Shown here: piece by piece, positions 59,771 to 64,000 of the stretch | How positions within the stretch are numbered: the stretch's first letter is position 1 | How the letters are laid out: each line of letters begins with the position of its first letter | NCBI RefSeq assembly: GCF_964213995.1 | Contig: NW_027590160.1 | Location: forward strand, 186,001 to 250,000 | From: Mustelus asterias | Lineage: Eukaryota | Length of the DNA: 64,000 nt | Reading direction: 5' to 3' | Notes under the pieces: generated by a model | Seen by the model: only the letters and a program-made list of their open reading frames with translations | The model's database searches: none | Told to the model about the DNA's origin: nothing | Made by a program: the position numbers and the translations under genes

Positions 59771-60199
59771 TTTTTTTATTAATTTGTGGGACATGGGTGT
59801 TGCTCGCTGGCCATCCCTCATTGCCCTTGAGAAGGTGGTGGTGAGCTACCTTCTTAAATTGCTGCAGTATATGTGCTGTGGGTTTACCTACAATGCGGTT
59901 AGGGAGGGAATTCCAGGATTTTTACCCAGTGACTGTGAAGGAATGGTGATATATTTCAAAGTCTACCATAGTTCTGCCCATGTGACCAACCCAACTATAT
60001 CTTGTTGCAACCTACGACAGAGTGGGGTAGACTCTAAAAGGACCCTGGGTCTCTGGAATACTCGTCCAGTAACAATCCCACAATGCACATTGGGAGATGT
60101 ATCAATTGGTTTAATAATTTTATATATTAACCCTCTAGTTCTGACCGTAATTGGATGACAAAATACAATTTTGTGTTGAAATTATTTCCTTCCTATGGC

Positions 60200-60490
60200 G
60201 GTGCTCTTACCCAGCATTCGCAGCGAGAGAGAATGTGCCGCATTGTCACAACAGCAGCCGCTTGCGCAGGCGCAGTACCTGATTCCGAGTGGAGCATGCG
60301 CTCTGCGGATTCGGACTGGCCCATGCGCAATGTGGATGCTGGAGCTGCAGGGAGGCGGGGAAGTGGGTGCAGAGGCTTCAGAAACAGACCGGAAGGACAC
60401 TTATACTCCAGCCAATCAGTGGGTGGGCTTTGTGACATTGGAGGTTGAGCTTCACACCGACTGAACCTTCTTCCTGTGTCCCACATCTGT
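60200..60490 (+). promoter_or_regulatory. Type-2-like CpG promoter/first exon with no ZNF exon downstream in the window
   Basis: CTTACCCAGCATTCGCAGCG (ZNF143-like), several TGCGCA/GCATGCGC, ACCGGAAG, CCAAT at 60412, donor-like GTGAGT at ~60488. Confidence 0.55.
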
Positions 60491-60524
60491 GAGTAAAACA
60501 GTTTGTTTGTGTTGCAGATAAAGT

Positions 60525-60847
60525 CATGATGTGGGGATGCCGGCGTTGGACTGGGGTGAACACAGTAAGAAGTCTCACAACACCAGGTTAAAGTCCAACA
60601 GGTTTGTTTGGTAGCAAATACCATAAGCTTTCGGAGCGCTGCTCCTTCGTCAGATGGAGTGGAAATGTGCTCTCAAACAGTGCAAAGAGACACAAAATCA
60701 AGTTGCAGAATACTGATTAGAATGCGAATCCCTACAGCCAGCCAGGTCTTAAAGGTACAGACAATGTGGATGGAGGGAGCATTAAACACAGGTTAAAGAG
60801 ATGTGTATTGTCTCCAGACAGAGGTTGTTCTGTCTGGAGACAATACA
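60525..60847 (-). mobile_element. Penelope-like pseudo-LTR fragment with 19-bp fold-back end
   Basis: Matches the other PLE termini; stem 60804-60822 / 60829-60847. Confidence 0.85.
60621..60657 (-). ncRNA. Minimal type-I hammerhead ribozyme motif (best preserved copy)
   Basis: CCAU-CUGACGA-A-GGAGC-agc-GCUCC-GAAA-GC-UU-AUGG: perfect stems I and II, palindromic AAGCUU at stem III. Confidence 0.7.
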
Positions 60848-61385
60848 AAATATTGGTAAGGCCACAGTTGGAATACTTTGTGCAGTTCTGGTCACCCTAT
60901 TATAGGAAGGGTATTATTAATCTTGAAAGAGTGCAGAAAAGATTTACTCGGATGCTACCAGGACTTGATGGTTTAAATTATAATGAGTGGTTGGATAGAT
61001 TGGGGCTTTTTATTTCTGGAGCGTAGGAGGCTGAGTGGTGATCTTACAGAGGTCTATAAAATAATGAGGGGCACAGATCAGCTAGATAGTAAATATATTT
61101 TCCCAAAGGTAGGGGAGTCTGAAACTAGAGGGCATAAGATTAAGGTGAGAGGGGAGAGATAGAAAGGGGTCCAGAGGGGTAATTCTTTCACACAGAGGGT
61201 GGTGAGTGTCTGGAACAAGCTGCCAGACAGTCTTTTCAAAAGTGCATAGAGAGTTAAATGGCTATCGAGGGTAATGGGCCAAACACGGGCAATTAGGACG
61301 AGCTTTGTCGTTAAAAAGGGCGGCATTGACATGTTGGGCCGAAGGCCCTGTTTGCATGCTTATACCTCTGTGACTCTATGACTCT
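60848..61385 (+). mobile_element. CR1 LINE 3' fragment
   Basis: YKILVRPQLEYFVQFWSPYY; (GACTCTAT)n tail. Confidence 0.9.
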
Positions 61386-62224
61386 ATCTCACCTTCCTGA
61401 TTCTCCCAGATACTGATTCCAGATGAGTCAGCCTCCGATTTAAATGGATGAAGGAGATATCATTATGCTATGTTGTCAAATGCGATTGGCTGAGCAACTT
61501 GTCAGGAATTATTATTGATGTATGTTTACTGAACGTAATTGATTCTGAAACTAATATGAGGTCGGAACGATCGGTACGAAAATCTATAATTGATCTGTTA
61601 TTGATGGTACACGTTAGATGCATCGGAAAGATCCTGCCGCTCGGTTCCAGAGCGACTTAACCCTTTTGGTCATCTCCAAGCAGCTGATAGTTCTGTTTTT
61701 GTTTTAAATAAATGTTCCGTCCTTACACAGAGATATCTGCCACGTGAGTTTTATATTGTCTGTAGTTAAATACAGTATTGGTCATCTCAAATTATCCCAT
61801 AGCACTCGCCTTAATTTGGAAATTTGTAATCTATTATGTGCTTATGTGAAATGCACCTCAGTCTCTTGGTTTCACCTCATGGTTTGCACCTCTGCTCTGT
61901 ATGTGTTCTCTATCTAGCTTGTGGCATGTCTGCCTTGTAAGTATTCCATCGGACGAAATATAGAGAGATTCACACTGTTGACCCACGCTGCAGCGACACT
62001 GATAGTTTTTTTAAGGGGCAGTGTAAAGGAAACTATCTTCTGCCACACACTGTCCTGCATCGGCCTCTGATGAAACAGAGCCTTTGCTTTTTAGAATTAC
62101 CTGAAACTCGGTCAGTGGCAGACCAGTTTATGAGTGAAATCACCGAGGTTCTTCTCATTCTTCACTCGCTCTGTCTCTGGATTTTATCATAAAAAGGCAG
62201 AGATGAAGGTGTCTTTATACGGAT

Positions 62225-62243
62225 TGGCCACTGGGTGGCGCAG
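62225..62243 (+). promoter_or_regulatory. Candidate CTCF binding site
   Basis: TGGCCACTGGGTGGCGCAG differs by one base from the core consensus CCASYAGRKGGCRS. Confidence 0.55.
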
Positions 62244-62414
62244 TGACTCTTTCACTGAACGGCCTTGAGTTCAAACACATCCCGCACAGGACTGGGGGGA
62301 CAGACATGTCTGGGAAAGAGGGGAAACCGTATAATATGGAATATGGGGCGGAGTTGATGGGCTTTGGAAAACGGAATTAAGCCAAGCCAGAGATGGTTAA
62401 ATTTTCATTCAATA

Positions 62415-62420
62415 TTTATT
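62415..62420 (-). terminator. Candidate poly(A) signal of the membrane IgH transcript
   Basis: AATAAA on the minus strand about 450 nt after the TM2 stop. Confidence 0.5.
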
Positions 62421-62872
62421 TTAAAAATTCAGAGAATATTTTACAGCGACATTATTTTTTAAAGTTAGAAAAGTGAATTTAACGATCGAGCTTCACATTG
62501 AGAACACAACACATGCACAGGGAATCCGTCAATATTTGTACATCTGTCACATACACCAGAAAGAGAAAACAGGACCTTAATAGAAAGAGGAATTAACAAA
62601 TATGGATAAGGAATGAGAAAAGTTTCTTATTTATACATGATATTTAAACTATGGGGAAACTGTTAACCACAATTACATTATAACAAAAAATGCCTCGTGC
62701 TTTTCACTCTGAAAACTGAAATACCGTCTATGATTGTCTCAGTTACAGATTCAGAATGATAAACTGAGAGAATTTTACTGATAGAGTCACCAAGAGTAGA
62801 TATTGTATTTCTGTCATACGGAGATCATAATAATCAGCTGAGGGAAATCTGCAGCTTCCAAAATTCAACCCA

Positions 62873-62881
62873 TCACTTGAT
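62873..62881 (-). CDS. IGHM: Immunoglobulin heavy chain TM2 exon (IK-stop)
   Basis: Acceptor TCTTTCTTTTACAG then ATC AAG TGA; 136-bp intron after TM1; phase 0 as expected. Confidence 0.8.
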   Translation of the reverse strand: MK

Positions 62882-63017
62882 CTGTAAAAGAAAGATACAA
62901 TAATGAAGCAGTTGTTTATGATGCGGGATATTAAAGTTAGAGTTTTTAATGGAACATTGAGAGATTTTTCAAATCCATTCTGTCAGTTTGATATGTGAGT
63001 GCATTCAATCATCTCAC

Positions 63018-63145
63018 CTTCACCAGAGTGACCGCAGTGCTGTAGAAAATGCTCAGGAAGAACAGGACAATGAATGTGGAAGCCGTTGTCCAGATGTTAC
63101 TGTTATCATCCTCATTGTCTTCAATCCAGATGCGGTCGGTGGAGT
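63018..63145 (-). CDS. IGHM: Immunoglobulin heavy chain TM1 exon, most likely IgM (IgNAR/IgW not excluded)
   Basis: Acceptor TCTCCGTCCCCTAG, phase 1, encodes (D)STDRIWIEDNEDDNSNIWTTASTFIVLFFLSIFYSTAVTLVK, donor AAG/GTGAGA. Has the acidic spacer and conserved antigen-receptor TM motif. Confidence 0.92.
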
Positions 63146-64000
63146 CTAGGGGACGGAGACCAGGATATGAAATTAGATTACTTTGTTTATCCAGGTAATC
63201 TTATTGTTATTTTTCTTTTCCCCGTTCTCCTTTTTAAACTGTTCATTTATTCTTGAACTTAATTTTCAATGTATACCTACTCTTACGCTCAGGACACTCA
63301 GTAACCGATCTCCGTAACTATTTTCACACCTGATCTTTATTGACATTCCTTGGACAGTCCATGTCAAAAAGCACTGAAGATGTTTTCTCGAAAATCAGTT
63401 GATTTTTTAACAATTCGGAACTATCCCTCATTGAAGAGTATTATCACTGATATCGAGGAACGTTCACTGATCAATGATTGTTTTCACAGATGGTTACTGA
63501 TCTGTAAACTGTGAATGTTGTTGTTTAAGAGTTGGGATGTAATTTCCGATCTGTGCTTCTTTATGGTGGAAATGTTTAGTCGATCGTGAGCTTAATTCAG
63601 TTTCTCAGCGTGTTTATCTGTTCATTGTACATTGGGATAATAAATCTGTGGATATCTCCATTAAAAAGTCACGTTTAAATTTTACTTTCATCATTTGCCT
63701 ACCGTTTGTATTGAAGATTTTGCATTTGTGTGCGTGTGCATGAGCATCTCGTGCTCTGCATTAATCTTTGGCTCTGAGTTAATATGTGATTATGAGTGTT
63801 AATGTGCGCGTACATTTGCCTGTGATTGTTGATTTGTGTAGTTGTGTGTCTGCATCTGTGCGCATATTTTATTCTTTTGTCATTGTGTGTATATGACTCT
63901 ATTATTGTGTGAAGTCTATGAATATATATTAATGCCATTCTTAATGCGTGCACATGTGTTTATGCCTATTGCTCTGTGTTAATTTCTGTCACTCTAATAA

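Noticed and set aside
61400-64000. V, D, J segments, RSS or octamer enhancer near the Ig exons
   Set aside because: No heptamer-spacer-nonamer pair, Ig-domain exon or exact ATGCAAAT/ATTTGCAT was found by eye.

Overview
This is eukaryotic DNA, almost certainly from an elasmobranch (shark-like), judged from HE1-type tRNA SINEs, CR1/HER1-type LINEs and a shark-type Ig transmembrane exon. Bases 1 to about 61,400 hold a birth-and-death cluster of tandem C2H2 zinc-finger genes on both strands. There are seven recognisable arrays: four with open arrays (one with a stop supplied by a CR1 insertion), one with a premature stop, one with a lost ATG and one with a frameshifted tail. Several shorter relics are also present. 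None shows a KRAB, SCAN or BTB domain, and each has one coding exon. Two families of duplicated CpG-rich promoter modules (NRF1/NF-Y/Sp1/YY1/ZNF143-like motifs) lie among them. The space between genes is packed with nested retroelements: CR1, Penelope-like (PLE), Rex1, RTE, SINEs, candidate solo LTRs, plus a hAT fossil. All four copies of the main PLE family have fold-back 5' ends, and their termini carry minimal hammerhead-ribozyme motifs with covarying stems. The last 2.6 kb is TE-poor. On the minus strand it holds the two membrane exons (TM1, TM2) of an immunoglobulin heavy-chain gene, which the ORF track misses, followed by a poly(A) signal and a CTCF-like site facing the ZNF cluster. All calls come from reading the sequence by eye; TE boundaries are approximate and no database search was run.
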